A DNA stretch of 64,000 bases from Tepidamorphaceae bacterium (GCA_028289445.1 JANQPO010000014.1:18620-82619); one strand, 5' to 3'. Positions 9,705 to 19,581 are shown, counted from the stretch's first letter. Made by a program: numbers and translations. Notes: generated by a model from the sequence alone, not told the origin.

Positions 9705-9776
9705 CGGGGCGGCCAAACGACGAAATGATTTAAGCCTAAAATATCCATGTGGTTTGGCAGGGGGAGACGGACGATC

Positions 9777-10160
9777 ATGACGGATGCGTCCGACGATTCA
9801 TTCTGGCTGTGGGACCTAAAAGTCGAGACGGTCGCCGGCGACCGGCCCATGGTCTGCGATCATCCCGTCGGGTCAGGCTTTACCGTCGAGGGCGAGAACA
9901 TCGTGATGGGCGAAAAGGGCACGTTTCCGATGTATCCGCTCGCCACGCTGCTGCCATTCCTGCCGGCCAAGCAGCGTCCGACCGATGATAATGACTGGAT
10001 GACGACGGACGCTGAAATTGCATGCCCCGATCCCCATTGCGGCGGTCGTTTCCGCATCACGCGGACCAAGAAGCGTCAGTTTCGTCATTCGGAGACCACC
10101 GGTCTGCCGGAACATCGGGGTTCGCCCTATTGGGACAAGGACAAAAGCGATGCCGGCTGA
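9777..10160 (+). CDS. TIGR04076-family protein (function unknown)
   Basis: C.H..G, LLPFLPAKQR, DWM and CPDP.CG motifs. Confidence 0.7.
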   Translation: MTDASDDSFWLWDLKVETVAGDRPMVCDHPVGSGFTVEGENIVMGEKGTFPMYPLATLLPFLPAKQRPTDDNDWMTTDAEIACPDPHCGGRFRITRTKKRQFRHSETTGLPEHRGSPYWDKDKSDAG

Positions 10161-11205
10161 TGGGATCGAGCTGCGGCCTGGCTATTCGGTTTCCCGGATC
10201 ATCAAGGGTGGTTGGCAGCTCGCCGGCGGTCACGGCTCCTTTGATCGGGCCGAGGCGGTGCGGGACATGGCGCGGTTCGTCGACGCTGGCATCACGACGT
10301 TCGACTGCGCGGACATCTACACCGGCGTTGAGGAGATGATCGGCGACTTCATTGCCATGCTGCGGTCCGATCGCGGTGCCGAGGCGGCCGACGCGGTGCG
10401 CGTTCACACCAAGCTGGTGCCGGATTTCGATCGCCTCGACTCCTTCATGGCAAGCGATGTCGAAGCCATCGTCGACCGATCGCTCAAGCGGCTGAACCTC
10501 GACCGGCTGCATTTGGTTCAGTTCTATTGGTGGGATGTGGAGCGCGGCCATCCGGTGGAGGTGCTGTCGTCGCTGACGCGGCTGCAAGAGAAGGGCAAGA
10601 TCGCCTATCTCGGCACGACGAATTGGGACACCGACATGATGGCTCGCTTCGTCGACGCCGACCTCGATCTGGTTTCTGCGCAGGTGCAGTACTCGCTGCT
10701 AGACGCGCGGCCGGAGGGCCGGTTCTCGCACTGGTGCCAGGACCACGCGATCCATCTGCTTTGTTACGGCACGATTGCCGGCGGTTTCCTGACCGAGGCA
10801 TGGCGCGGCAAGTCCGATCCCGGCTACGCGTTCGAGAACCGGTCGCTCATCAAATACCGGCTCATCATCGACGAATTCGGGGGTTGGGATCTGTTCCAAG
10901 ACCTCCTGGATGTGTTGCATGGGATTGCCGAACGACATGGCGTGACTATCGCCGCGGTCGCAAGCCGTGCCGTCCTCGACAAGCCGAACGTTGCATCGGT
11001 CATCGTCGGCGCGCGGACGGCAAGACATCTGGACCGGACAGTGCCGATCTTCGATTTGCCGCTGGATGACCAGGACAGGGCGACGCTGGCAACCGTGCTC
11101 GACCGACGCGCCGGGCCCGCCGGTCCAGTCTACGGCTTGGAGCGCGACAAGACCGGCCCGCACGGCCGTATCATGAAATACAATCTCAACACGGATGCCG
11201 CATGA
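10150..11205 (+). CDS. aldo/keto reductase
   Basis: Motifs GGWQLAGG, FDCADIY, HTK, SLKRL and QVQYSLLD. Confidence 0.85.
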   Translation: MPADGIELRPGYSVSRIIKGGWQLAGGHGSFDRAEAVRDMARFVDAGITTFDCADIYTGVEEMIGDFIAMLRSDRGAEAADAVRVHTKLVPDFDRLDSFMASDVEAIVDRSLKRLNLDRLHLVQFYWWDVERGHPVEVLSSLTRLQEKGKIAYLGTTNWDTDMMARFVDADLDLVSAQVQYSLLDARPEGRFSHWCQDHAIHLLCYGTIAGGFLTEAWRGKSDPGYAFENRSLIKYRLIIDEFGGWDLFQDLLDVLHGIAERHGVTIAAVASRAVLDKPNVASVIVGARTARHLDRTVPIFDLPLDDQDRATLATVLDRRAGPAGPVYGLERDKTGPHGRIMKYNLNTDAA

Positions 11206-11975
11206 CGGCGCCCATCCTCGCGATCGAAGACGCGAGCGTCGACTACGGAGCGTTTCGCGCGGTCGACGGGGCGACCCTTCGTGTGAGACCGGGTACGATC
11301 ACCGGGCTCATCGGTCCCAACGGTGCCGGGAAATCGACGCTGTTCAATGCGATCGCCGGCGAGAAAGAGCTGACCGCAGGCGCGATCCGCTTTCAGGGGA
11401 AACGGATCGACGATCGGTCGCCAGACCAAGTGTTCGCTAGCGGTCTGGCACGCACGTTTCAGATTCCGCGGCCGTTTGCCGAAATGACGGTGCTGGAAAA
11501 CCTGATGCTGGCGGCACCCAGTCAAACGGGAGAGACGTTTTGGGCGCCGATCTTGAAACCGGCTGCCGTGCGCAGCGAGGATGCGGCAGTTCTAGGGAAG
11601 GCGCACGAGGCCCTGGCATTCACGACGCTTGATCGGGTCGCGCACGAGGCGGCGGGGCGTATCTCGGGCGGCCAGCAAAAGCTCCTCGAACTGGCGCGCG
11701 TATTGATGAGCGATCCGGCGATGATCTTGCTCGACGAGCCCGCGGCCGGCGTCAACCCGGCTTTGACCGAGGTGCTCATCGACAAGATCGAGGCACTGAA
11801 CGCACGCGGCATGACGTTCCTCATCATCGAGCATGACATGGACCTGGTCATGCGCCATTGCGATCCGATCATCGCGATGGCCGCCGGCCAGGTGATCTTC
11901 GAGGGCAACAGCGAAGCGGCCCTGTCCGATCCGCGCCTGCTCGATGCGTATCTCGGAGATGTCGCCCATGCCTGA
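11202..11975 (+). CDS. branched-chain amino acid-type ABC ATPase (LivG-like)
   Basis: Motifs GPNGAGKST, LARTFQ, LLDEPAAG and IEHDM. Confidence 0.9.
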   Translation: MTAPILAIEDASVDYGAFRAVDGATLRVRPGTITGLIGPNGAGKSTLFNAIAGEKELTAGAIRFQGKRIDDRSPDQVFASGLARTFQIPRPFAEMTVLENLMLAAPSQTGETFWAPILKPAAVRSEDAAVLGKAHEALAFTTLDRVAHEAAGRISGGQQKLLELARVLMSDPAMILLDEPAAGVNPALTEVLIDKIEALNARGMTFLIIEHDMDLVMRHCDPIIAMAAGQVIFEGNSEAALSDPRLLDAYLGDVAHA

Positions 11976-12699
11976 GCCATGGCTCGTCATTGACGGCCTC
12001 GTCGCCGGCTATAAGCCCGGCCTGCCGATTATCCACGGGGTGTCGGCAACGGTCGGCAGCGGCGAGATTGTCACGCTGATCGGCCCGAATGGCGCGGGGA
12101 AGTCGACGCTGATCAAGGCCATTGCCGGGCTGGTGCATGTCGAGAGCGGGAGCGTTGCCCTGGGCGGTCAGGCGATCACCGGCATTCAGCCGGATCGCAT
12201 GGCCGATCACGGTATCGCCTATGTGCCGCAAACGGCGAACATCTTTCAAAGCTTGACCGTTGAGCAGAACCTTGTGTTGGCGGCGCAGAGGATAAAGGGC
12301 GAACGCCGCCGTGCCATTGCCGCCATGTTCGATCTGTTCGCGCCGCTGGCGGAGCGCCGCTCGATCAAGGCGGGCGGGCTGTCCGGCGGTCAGCGGCAAA
12401 TGCTAGCCATCGCCATGGCGCTGATTGCGACGCCGGGACTGGTCCTGATGGACGAACCGACCGCTGGGCTTGCGCCCAAGGCGGCTAGCGAGGTTCTAGA
12501 ACTGGTCCGCAAGATCGCCGCCGACGGTGTCTCGATCCTCCTGGTGGAGCAAAACGCAAAGGCGGCGCTTGCCATCTCCGATCGCGGCATCGTGCTGGCG
12601 GAGGGGCGTGTGCAGCACGAAGGGGCGGGCCAAGATCTCCTGAATGACCCCGTTGTCGGCGAAATCTATCTGGGCGCACGGCGAAAGGCCGTCGCATGA
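11968..12699 (+). CDS. branched-chain amino acid-type ABC ATPase (LivF-like)
   Basis: Motifs GPNGAGKST, LSGGQRQM, DEPTAGLAP and VEQN. Confidence 0.9.
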   Translation: MPEPWLVIDGLVAGYKPGLPIIHGVSATVGSGEIVTLIGPNGAGKSTLIKAIAGLVHVESGSVALGGQAITGIQPDRMADHGIAYVPQTANIFQSLTVEQNLVLAAQRIKGERRRAIAAMFDLFAPLAERRSIKAGGLSGGQRQMLAIAMALIATPGLVLMDEPTAGLAPKAASEVLELVRKIAADGVSILLVEQNAKAALAISDRGIVLAEGRVQHEGAGQDLLNDPVVGEIYLGARRKAVA

Positions 12700-13607
12700 T
12701 CCAGAGCCTGTTCGACGGCATTCTGGTGGGCGCCATTCTGTCACTCGGCGCCATCGGTCTCACGCTGATGATGCACATCCTGCGGTTCGCCAATTTCAGC
12801 CATGCGGAGCTGTTGTCCGTCGGCGCTTATGTTGCGCTGGTCTTCGATGGTGCGTTCGCCACGCTAGCGCCGTTCCTGACGAACAAGTGGGGAGCGTTGA
12901 GCGCGACCACGGCTCTTGCGCTCGCAACGCTGCTGGCGATCGCAATCGCTGGCGTCACGGCGGTTATCGCCGACCGTTTGGTGTTCAAACGGCTGCGTGA
13001 GGCGGCCGGGCCGCTCACCATGGTCTTCGCGTCCTTCGGTGTGGCGCTGATCATGCGCAATGTGATTGGCCTGATCTTCGGTCTTCAGTCGATTCACTAT
13101 TCGAACGAGATCGCCTTTGCCGTCGTGGTCTCTACGGATCCGTTTCTGCTTGTGAAGCCCGATCAGCTCTTCGTGCTCGCTCTGGCTCTTGTGGCCATGG
13201 CTGCTTTGCATGTCGTTATGGCGCGAACGCCGCTCGGCTTCGCGCTACGCGCCATCTCGGAGAACCCGAGCCTCGCGCAGGTCAACGGGATCAATCTCTC
13301 GCGCATGGTCACCATCACCTGGCTGATCGGCGGCGGCATGGCCGCGCTGGCAGGCGTGTCTTATGCAGTGACCAATCACTTGAGCCCGGTGATGGGCCGC
13401 GATCTGGTCTTGTCGCTTTTCGCCGCCGCGATCCTGGGCGGGCTTGGCTCGGTGCCGGGCGCCGTGATCGGCGGGTTCGTCGTTGGCCTGGCATCGAGCC
13501 TGGCACTGTTGATCGTACCGGCCGGCTACAAGCCGGCGATCCCATTCCTGCTCATCATCATCGCGCTCTACGTGCGGCCCAATGGTCTGTTCGGCGAGGC
13601 GCGATGA
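12696..13607 (+). CDS. LivH-like ABC permease
   Basis: NFSHAE, AAILGGLGS and RPNGLFG motifs. Hydrophobic. Confidence 0.9.
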   Translation: MIQSLFDGILVGAILSLGAIGLTLMMHILRFANFSHAELLSVGAYVALVFDGAFATLAPFLTNKWGALSATTALALATLLAIAIAGVTAVIADRLVFKRLREAAGPLTMVFASFGVALIMRNVIGLIFGLQSIHYSNEIAFAVVVSTDPFLLVKPDQLFVLALALVAMAALHVVMARTPLGFALRAISENPSLAQVNGINLSRMVTITWLIGGGMAALAGVSYAVTNHLSPVMGRDLVLSLFAAAILGGLGSVPGAVIGGFVVGLASSLALLIVPAGYKPAIPFLLIIIALYVRPNGLFGEAR

Positions 13608-14599
13608 TCGGGTTGATCTCTTATCTCACCTTTTTTCTGACCATCGCCTTGATCCTCGCAATCGCGGTTCTGGGTCTCAATCTGCACTGGGGCTATACGG
13701 GTATATTCAACGGCGGCGTTGCGGCGTTCTTCGGTGCGGGCGCCTATGGTCTGATCATTCTGGGCGGACCGGACCGGGCCGGCGAATTCGGCGGTTTTGG
13801 CTGGCCTTTTCCCCTGGCGATGGCCGGCGGCGTGGTGCTCGCCGGCCTTCTTGCGCTCATCGTCGGGCTGGCGACCACGAAACTGCGGCACGATTATCTG
13901 GCGATCGCGACATTCGGGGTCGCTGTCGCGGTGGAGAGCGTCGCGCGGAACGCCGAGTTTCTCACCGGCGGCGCTAAGGGCGTGCGAGGCTTTGAACGGC
14001 CGCTAGAAGCGGCCGTCGGCAACCCGTTTGTGTACAGCCTCTTGTTCCTGGCGTTGGTGGTAGCGTGTCTGGCAGCGGTCTATTGGGCATTGGAGCGCAC
14101 GGTGCGCTCACCCTTTGGACGCCTTCTGCGCGCCATTCGCGAAGACGAGGTTGCGGCGCGGGCGCTTGGAAAATCCCCTGCGCGCATCCGGCTCCAGTCA
14201 TTCATCCTCGGTGCCATGATCATGGGTCTTGCCGGTGGGCTTTACGCGACGTTCTACGCGTTTGTTAGCCCGCAGGACATTTTGCCGATCCTCACCTTTC
14301 AGATCTGGGCGATGCTGATCGTTGGCGGCGCGGGCAACAACAAGGGTGCGATCCTGGGTACGCTCATCGTCTGGGGTGGCTGGGTTGCGAGCGGCTGGGC
14401 ACTGACCCGCTACGCCCCGGTTGACTGGCAGCTTTATACCGGCACGATCCAGTACATCTTGATCGGCCTGGTGATCGTGCTCACGCTCTTGGCACGACCG
14501 AAGGGACTTTTGCCGGAGGAGTTGACGGTATCGACGGCTGTGGCACCTAATGAGGCCCAGTCGAACCTTTCAGAGACAAAACACCAAACCCAACAGTGA
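13604..14599 (+). CDS. LivM-like ABC permease
   Basis: GLNLHWGYTG, DYLAIAT and RAIREDE motifs. Confidence 0.9.
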   Translation: MIGLISYLTFFLTIALILAIAVLGLNLHWGYTGIFNGGVAAFFGAGAYGLIILGGPDRAGEFGGFGWPFPLAMAGGVVLAGLLALIVGLATTKLRHDYLAIATFGVAVAVESVARNAEFLTGGAKGVRGFERPLEAAVGNPFVYSLLFLALVVACLAAVYWALERTVRSPFGRLLRAIREDEVAARALGKSPARIRLQSFILGAMIMGLAGGLYATFYAFVSPQDILPILTFQIWAMLIVGGAGNNKGAILGTLIVWGGWVASGWALTRYAPVDWQLYTGTIQYILIGLVIVLTLLARPKGLLPEELTVSTAVAPNEAQSNLSETKHQTQQ

Positions 14600-14612
14600 A
14601 AAGGGGAACGTC

Positions 14613-15875
14613 ATGAAGAACTTCAAACTGCTCGCCCTGCCGGCTTTTGCCGCAGCGGGGCTGCTGCTGGCCGGCGAGCCGGCGCAGGCGCAGGACTGCA
14701 CGCAAAAGGTCGGCGCCGTGCTGCCGACGTCCGTCGACTGGGGGCGTCCGATCGCCGAGACCGCGCAGTTCGCCGTCGATATCTTCAATGAGGCGGGCGG
14801 CGTGAAGGGCTGCAAGGTCGATATGATCCTGCGCGACACGCAGGTCGATCCCAAGGTCGGCGTCGACGCGGCCAAGGCGCTGGTCGACCTGGAGAAAGTG
14901 CCGCTTCTCTTGGGCGCCGTCTCCTCCGGTGTCTCCATGCCGATCCTGACCTCGGTCACCGTGCCGTCGAACGTGATGCAGATGTCCTGCTGCTCATCTT
15001 CGACCGCATTCACCGCCGTCGCGGAGGAAGGCAAGACGAATGGGCTGTGGTTCCGCACCTTCGCGACCACCCGCAACCAGGCGGCCGTCGCGGCCATGCT
15101 GATCCGCGACAAGGGCTATAAGAGCGTCGCGATCTTCTACAAGAACGACGACTGGGGCCAGGATATTGGTAAGCTGGTCGCCGCCGATATCGAGAAGCTC
15201 GGCGTGACGGTGACGGCGAATGTCGCGATCAACGACGGTCAGCCATCGTACCGGGCCGAAGTCACCGAGGCGCTGAAATCGCAGCCCGAGGCGCTCTATG
15301 TCGCGCTTTATCCGACTGAAGGTTCGGCGGTGTTGCGGGAATGGGTGTCGCTCGGCGGGACGCAAAAAATGGTCGTTGCCAACTCGCTGAAGTCGGATGA
15401 GTTCCGCGATGCTGTTGGCCTGCAATATCTGGGCGAGGCGGTCGGTCATGATTCCGCTCCGCCGCGCACGGACTCCGCCGCTTCCTTCGTCGACCTCTAC
15501 AAGGCGAAGTTCAACGCAGAGCCGAACGGTCCGGGCCTGCCGAACGTCTTCGATGCGGTCATGATCTCGCTGCTTGCGATGGAAGCAGCCCCCGAGCTGA
15601 CAGGCGATCAGATCGCCGCGCAGGTCGGAAAGATCACCGATCCGAGTGGCATGACCTTCTTCCCGAATGCGGATGGGCTGAAGGCCGCAAAGGACGCATT
15701 GGCTGAAGGCAAGGCGCTTTCCTATACGGGCGCGACGGGTGCGGTGAAATTCGATGCCAACGGCGACGTTTCCGCGCCGGCCGTCGCGTGGACGTTCACC
15801 GATGCCGGAACGGCCGAGTCCCAATACTTCACCATCGAGGATGTCGACGGCTTTATCGGCTCGCTCGGCAACTGA
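14613..15875 (+). CDS. Liv-family periplasmic substrate-binding protein
   Basis: Signal peptide ending AQA, GAVSSGV, FRT and NDDWG motifs. Strong SD (AAGGGG). Confidence 0.85.
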   Translation: MKNFKLLALPAFAAAGLLLAGEPAQAQDCTQKVGAVLPTSVDWGRPIAETAQFAVDIFNEAGGVKGCKVDMILRDTQVDPKVGVDAAKALVDLEKVPLLLGAVSSGVSMPILTSVTVPSNVMQMSCCSSSTAFTAVAEEGKTNGLWFRTFATTRNQAAVAAMLIRDKGYKSVAIFYKNDDWGQDIGKLVAADIEKLGVTVTANVAINDGQPSYRAEVTEALKSQPEALYVALYPTEGSAVLREWVSLGGTQKMVVANSLKSDEFRDAVGLQYLGEAVGHDSAPPRTDSAASFVDLYKAKFNAEPNGPGLPNVFDAVMISLLAMEAAPELTGDQIAAQVGKITDPSGMTFFPNADGLKAAKDALAEGKALSYTGATGAVKFDANGDVSAPAVAWTFTDAGTAESQYFTIEDVDGFIGSLGN

Positions 15876-15882
15876 CGCCATC

Positions 15883-15909
15883 GGCCGGCCCGGCGCAACC
15901 GGGCCGGCC
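15883..15909 (+). other. perfect 11-bp GC hairpin after SBP gene (mRNA stabiliser or attenuator)
   Basis: GGCCGGCCCGG-CGCAA-CCGGGCCGGCC followed by TCTTTCC. Confidence 0.6.
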
Positions 15910-15916
15910 TCTTTCC

Positions 15917-17386
15917 ATGGCCAAACACCCCGATCGTATCGAACTCGCGCCCGGCCTTACCGTGCCACGGGTCCTCACCGGCCTCTGGCAGGTGGCCGAT
16001 CTTGAACGAGGCGGCGCGCCGCTCGACGTCGACGCGGCATCAGATGCACTGATCGCCTATGCCGAAGCCGGCTTCGATGGATTCGACATGGCCGATCATT
16101 ATGGCTCGGCCGAGCTGATTGCCGGCCGCGCGCGCCAGAAGCTGATCGAACGGGATCGCGAAACGCCTGCGCGGTTTTTCACCAAGTGGTGTCCGGAGCC
16201 GGACCAATCGACACCGCAGGCCGTGCGTGCCGGTGTCCAGGAGCGGCTCGACCGGCTGGCGATGGACCGGATCGATCTGTTGCAGCTCCATTGGTGGACA
16301 TTCCATCATCCGGGCTGGATCGACGTCATGGACGCCTTCATGGCGCTGAAGGCGGAGGGCCTGATTGGCGCCATCGGTGTTACCAATTTCGACACTGACC
16401 ACCTGCACCTTTTGCTCAACGAGGGCTACGAGATTGCGACCAACCAAGTGTCTTTCTCAGTGGTCGATCGGCGGGCAGCGGGCGAGATGGCGGCGCTGTG
16501 CCGTGAAAGCGGTGTGAAGCTGCTCGCCTATGGAACGCTCTGCGGTGGCTTCTTGTCGGAGCGATGGCTGGGGCAGGGCGACCCTGACGCCGTCGCCGAT
16601 TGGTCGAAGATGAAATACCGGCGCTTCATCGACTCAGCGGGAGGCTGGGAACCCTTCCAGGGCCTCTTGTCCGCGCTCGATACCACAGCAAAGCGACATG
16701 ATGTCTCGATTGCCAATGTGGCAACCCGCTGGGTGATTGAGACGGAGGGTGTCGCGTGCGCCATTGTCGGCGCGCGGATCACCGAGCGTCAGCACCGGGA
16801 CGATACGCTGGCGCTGTTTGACTTTGCGCTGACTGAAGCGGATCGGGCGGAGCTTGACGCCGCATTCGCAAAGATGACGCCAATCCCTGGCGATTGTGGC
16901 GATGAGTATCGCAAGCCACCCTATCTGACGGCATCCGGCGATCTCAGCCATCACCTCGACACGCTCCCTAAGGTCTATGATCCGGCGGAGATGAAGCCAG
17001 GCCGTTGGCGGATCTCGTCCGGTAGTGTCTGGGAGGGGATTTGCGGGTTCTCCCGCGCGACGCGGGTCGGCGACCGCATCCTGGTCTCGGGCACTACGGC
17101 GACCCACGGATCGGGGCGTGCTATCGGTGCCGGGGATGTACGCAGCCAGACCGTCTATATCCTCGACAAGATCGCCGCGGCGATTGAGGCGCTTGGCGGC
17201 GCGCTAGATGATGTGGTTCGCACGCGCATTTACATGTGCGATGCGTCTGACTGGGAGGCGGCATCGCGGGTGCATGGCCGCGTCTTTGACGGTATCTTGC
17301 CAGCGAACACGCTGATCGAGATTGCCGATCTTGTTGGCGACTACGACATCGAAATCGAGGCCGAGGCGGTCGTGCCGTCAACCTAG
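15917..17386 (+). CDS. aldo/keto reductase fused to C-terminal Rid (YjgF/YER057c/UK114) domain
   Basis: AKR motifs FDMADHY, FTK and LQLHWW. C-terminal WE...GFSRA.RVG..I.VSGTT...RTRIY...EIEAEA. Confidence 0.85.
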   Translation: MAKHPDRIELAPGLTVPRVLTGLWQVADLERGGAPLDVDAASDALIAYAEAGFDGFDMADHYGSAELIAGRARQKLIERDRETPARFFTKWCPEPDQSTPQAVRAGVQERLDRLAMDRIDLLQLHWWTFHHPGWIDVMDAFMALKAEGLIGAIGVTNFDTDHLHLLLNEGYEIATNQVSFSVVDRRAAGEMAALCRESGVKLLAYGTLCGGFLSERWLGQGDPDAVADWSKMKYRRFIDSAGGWEPFQGLLSALDTTAKRHDVSIANVATRWVIETEGVACAIVGARITERQHRDDTLALFDFALTEADRAELDAAFAKMTPIPGDCGDEYRKPPYLTASGDLSHHLDTLPKVYDPAEMKPGRWRISSGSVWEGICGFSRATRVGDRILVSGTTATHGSGRAIGAGDVRSQTVYILDKIAAAIEALGGALDDVVRTRIYMCDASDWEAASRVHGRVFDGILPANTLIEIADLVGDYDIEIEAEAVVPST

Positions 17387-17392
17387 AGCGTC

Positions 17393-18430
17393 ATGCCCGA
17401 ACCAACCAAACCCAGCTATATGTGCCGCGAGATCGATGAGATCGCAGCCGGCGCCGAACGGCTTCTAAACAGCGGACGGGGGGTGATCATGGCGGCCGCC
17501 GATACGCTGCGCGCGGCCGAACCGCGTTTTCTCGTGACCGCTGCGCGCGGCTCCTCCGATCATGCGGCGACCTACCTGAAATATGCGTGTGAACTCACCC
17601 TTGGCCTTCCCGTTGCCTCGATCGGTCCGTCGGTCTGTTCCGTCTATGGCGCACCGCTCAATCTGAAGGCTGGTGCCGCCATTGGCATCTCCCAATCCGG
17701 CAAGAGCCCCGACATAGTGAGTGTGGCAGTGGCGGCTACTAGCCAGGGTGTGCCGGCAATCGCCATCACCAACGCACCGCAATCGCCTCTGGCCGACGCC
17801 TCCACGACGGTTATCGATATCCTGGCTGGACCGGAGCAAAGCGTCGCGGCGACGAAATCGTTCGTTCTGTCGGCCGTTGCCGGCCTGGCGGTGCTTGCGC
17901 ACTGGAAGCGTGATCAAGATCTCATCAATGCCATCGACGCCCTGCCGGCACGCCTCGACGCGGCCGTGCAGATCGATTGGCCCGAACTTCGTGCGGTGCT
18001 TGCGGGTGCGGACTCGCTGTTCGTGCTCGGCCGCGGTCCGGTTTTCGCCATGGCCAACGAGGCGGCGCTGAAGTTCAAGGAAACCTGCCGTATCCACGCT
18101 GAGTCCTATTCATCGGCAGAGGTGCTTCATGGCCCGGTCTCAATCGTCGGCGAGGCATATCCGGTTCTCGCGTTTTCCGCCGATGACGCGGCTGCTGCCC
18201 ATGTGAGCGCTGTCGTTGACAGGCTGGTCGACAAAGGAGCAGTGGTTTTTGCCGCCGCCCATGCGGACACACAGGCGCGGGCGCTTGAGGTCGTTGCAAC
18301 CAACCACCCCTTGACGGACCCGCTCGCGCTCATCGTTTCCTTCTACGCTTTCATTGAGCGCCTGGCGCGAGATCGCGGTCTCGATCCCGACCGGCCGCGC
18401 AATCTGAACAAGGTGACGGAAACCGTATGA
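17393..18430 (+). CDS. SIS-domain glucosamine-6-phosphate deaminase (NagB-II / GlmS-like)
   Basis: ARGSSDHAA, SQSGKSPD, VAATKS, EAALKFKE, AEVLHGP and LNKVT motifs. Adjacent to nagA. Confidence 0.8.
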   Translation: MPEPTKPSYMCREIDEIAAGAERLLNSGRGVIMAAADTLRAAEPRFLVTAARGSSDHAATYLKYACELTLGLPVASIGPSVCSVYGAPLNLKAGAAIGISQSGKSPDIVSVAVAATSQGVPAIAITNAPQSPLADASTTVIDILAGPEQSVAATKSFVLSAVAGLAVLAHWKRDQDLINAIDALPARLDAAVQIDWPELRAVLAGADSLFVLGRGPVFAMANEAALKFKETCRIHAESYSSAEVLHGPVSIVGEAYPVLAFSADDAAAAHVSAVVDRLVDKGAVVFAAAHADTQARALEVVATNHPLTDPLALIVSFYAFIERLARDRGLDPDRPRNLNKVTETV

Positions 18431-19581
18431 TGGCGGGGCAGGCTTTTCTCGGCTGCACGATCTTCGATGGTTACCGCCGGCACGCGGGGTGCGCCCTCGT
18501 GGTGCGCGAAGGGCGTGTGTCCGAGATCGTCGACGAAAGATCCGTTCCATCCGATTGTGACGGAGTACGTCTCGACGGTGCATTGATCGCGCCGGGTTTC
18601 GTCGATCTCCAAGTCAACGGTGGCGGCGGTGTGCTCTTGAATGATGACCCGAGCGTCGACGCCATCCGCACAATTGCCGCCGCGCACCTTCCTTTCGGAA
18701 CCACTGCGCTTCTACCGACACTGATCACGGATACGCGGGAAAAGACCGCAGCGGCGATCGCGGCGGCGGGCGATGCAATCGATGCCGGCGTCAAGAGCTG
18801 CATCGGCTTGCACCTGGAGGGGCCGCATTTGGCAGCCGTGCGCAAGGGCGCACACGATCCCGCCTTGATCCGCGCGATGGACGACGACGATGAAGCGATT
18901 CTGGTCGCAGCGGCCAGGCGGCTGCCGAGCCTGCTGACGACAATCGCGCCGGAATCTGTGACCTCCACTCAGATCAAGACGCTCGCCGACGCGGGCGCAA
19001 CGGTCTCCCTCGGCCATACCGACGCGTCTCTCACGCAGGTGCGCGAGGCGTCCGAGGCCGGTGCAACATGCGTGACGCATCTCTTCAACGCCATGAGTCC
19101 GCTTGGGCATCGCGAGCCGGGCGTCGTCGGCGGTGCCCTGTCGGATGGGCGACTCCATGCCGGACTGATTGCCGACGGGTTTCACGTCGCGCCGGAGGCG
19201 GTTGGAATCGCACTGCGCGCAAAGCAGGAGCCTGGCACGATTTTCCTCGTGACCGATGCGATGGCGACAATCGGAACTGAACTGAAACGCTTTACCCTCG
19301 GCAGCCGGGACATCGAGCGGCGGGATGGCCGCCTGACCCTTTCCGACGGAACCCTTGCGGGCGCCGACCTCGACATGATTTCGGCCATCCGTTTCATGGT
19401 GGATGTCATCGGCGTTTCAGTCGACGAGGCCTTGCGCATGGCCGCGCTCTATCCCGCAACGGTGCTTGGCCGTGACGCGGAGTTCGGGCAACTGGCGCCA
19501 GGTGCGCGTGGGGACTTTGTGGTGTTGAGCGATGCGCTCACCATCGCGAGCGTCTGGCAGCAGGGTGCGAAGGTCGCGTAG
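18427..19581 (+). CDS. nagA: N-acetylglucosamine-6-phosphate deacetylase
   Basis: PGFVDLQVNG, HLEGP, SLGH, THLFNAM, DGFH and VTDAM motifs. Confidence 0.92.
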   Translation: MMAGQAFLGCTIFDGYRRHAGCALVVREGRVSEIVDERSVPSDCDGVRLDGALIAPGFVDLQVNGGGGVLLNDDPSVDAIRTIAAAHLPFGTTALLPTLITDTREKTAAAIAAAGDAIDAGVKSCIGLHLEGPHLAAVRKGAHDPALIRAMDDDDEAILVAAARRLPSLLTTIAPESVTSTQIKTLADAGATVSLGHTDASLTQVREASEAGATCVTHLFNAMSPLGHREPGVVGGALSDGRLHAGLIADGFHVAPEAVGIALRAKQEPGTIFLVTDAMATIGTELKRFTLGSRDIERRDGRLTLSDGTLAGADLDMISAIRFMVDVIGVSVDEALRMAALYPATVLGRDAEFGQLAPGARGDFVVLSDALTIASVWQQGAKVA

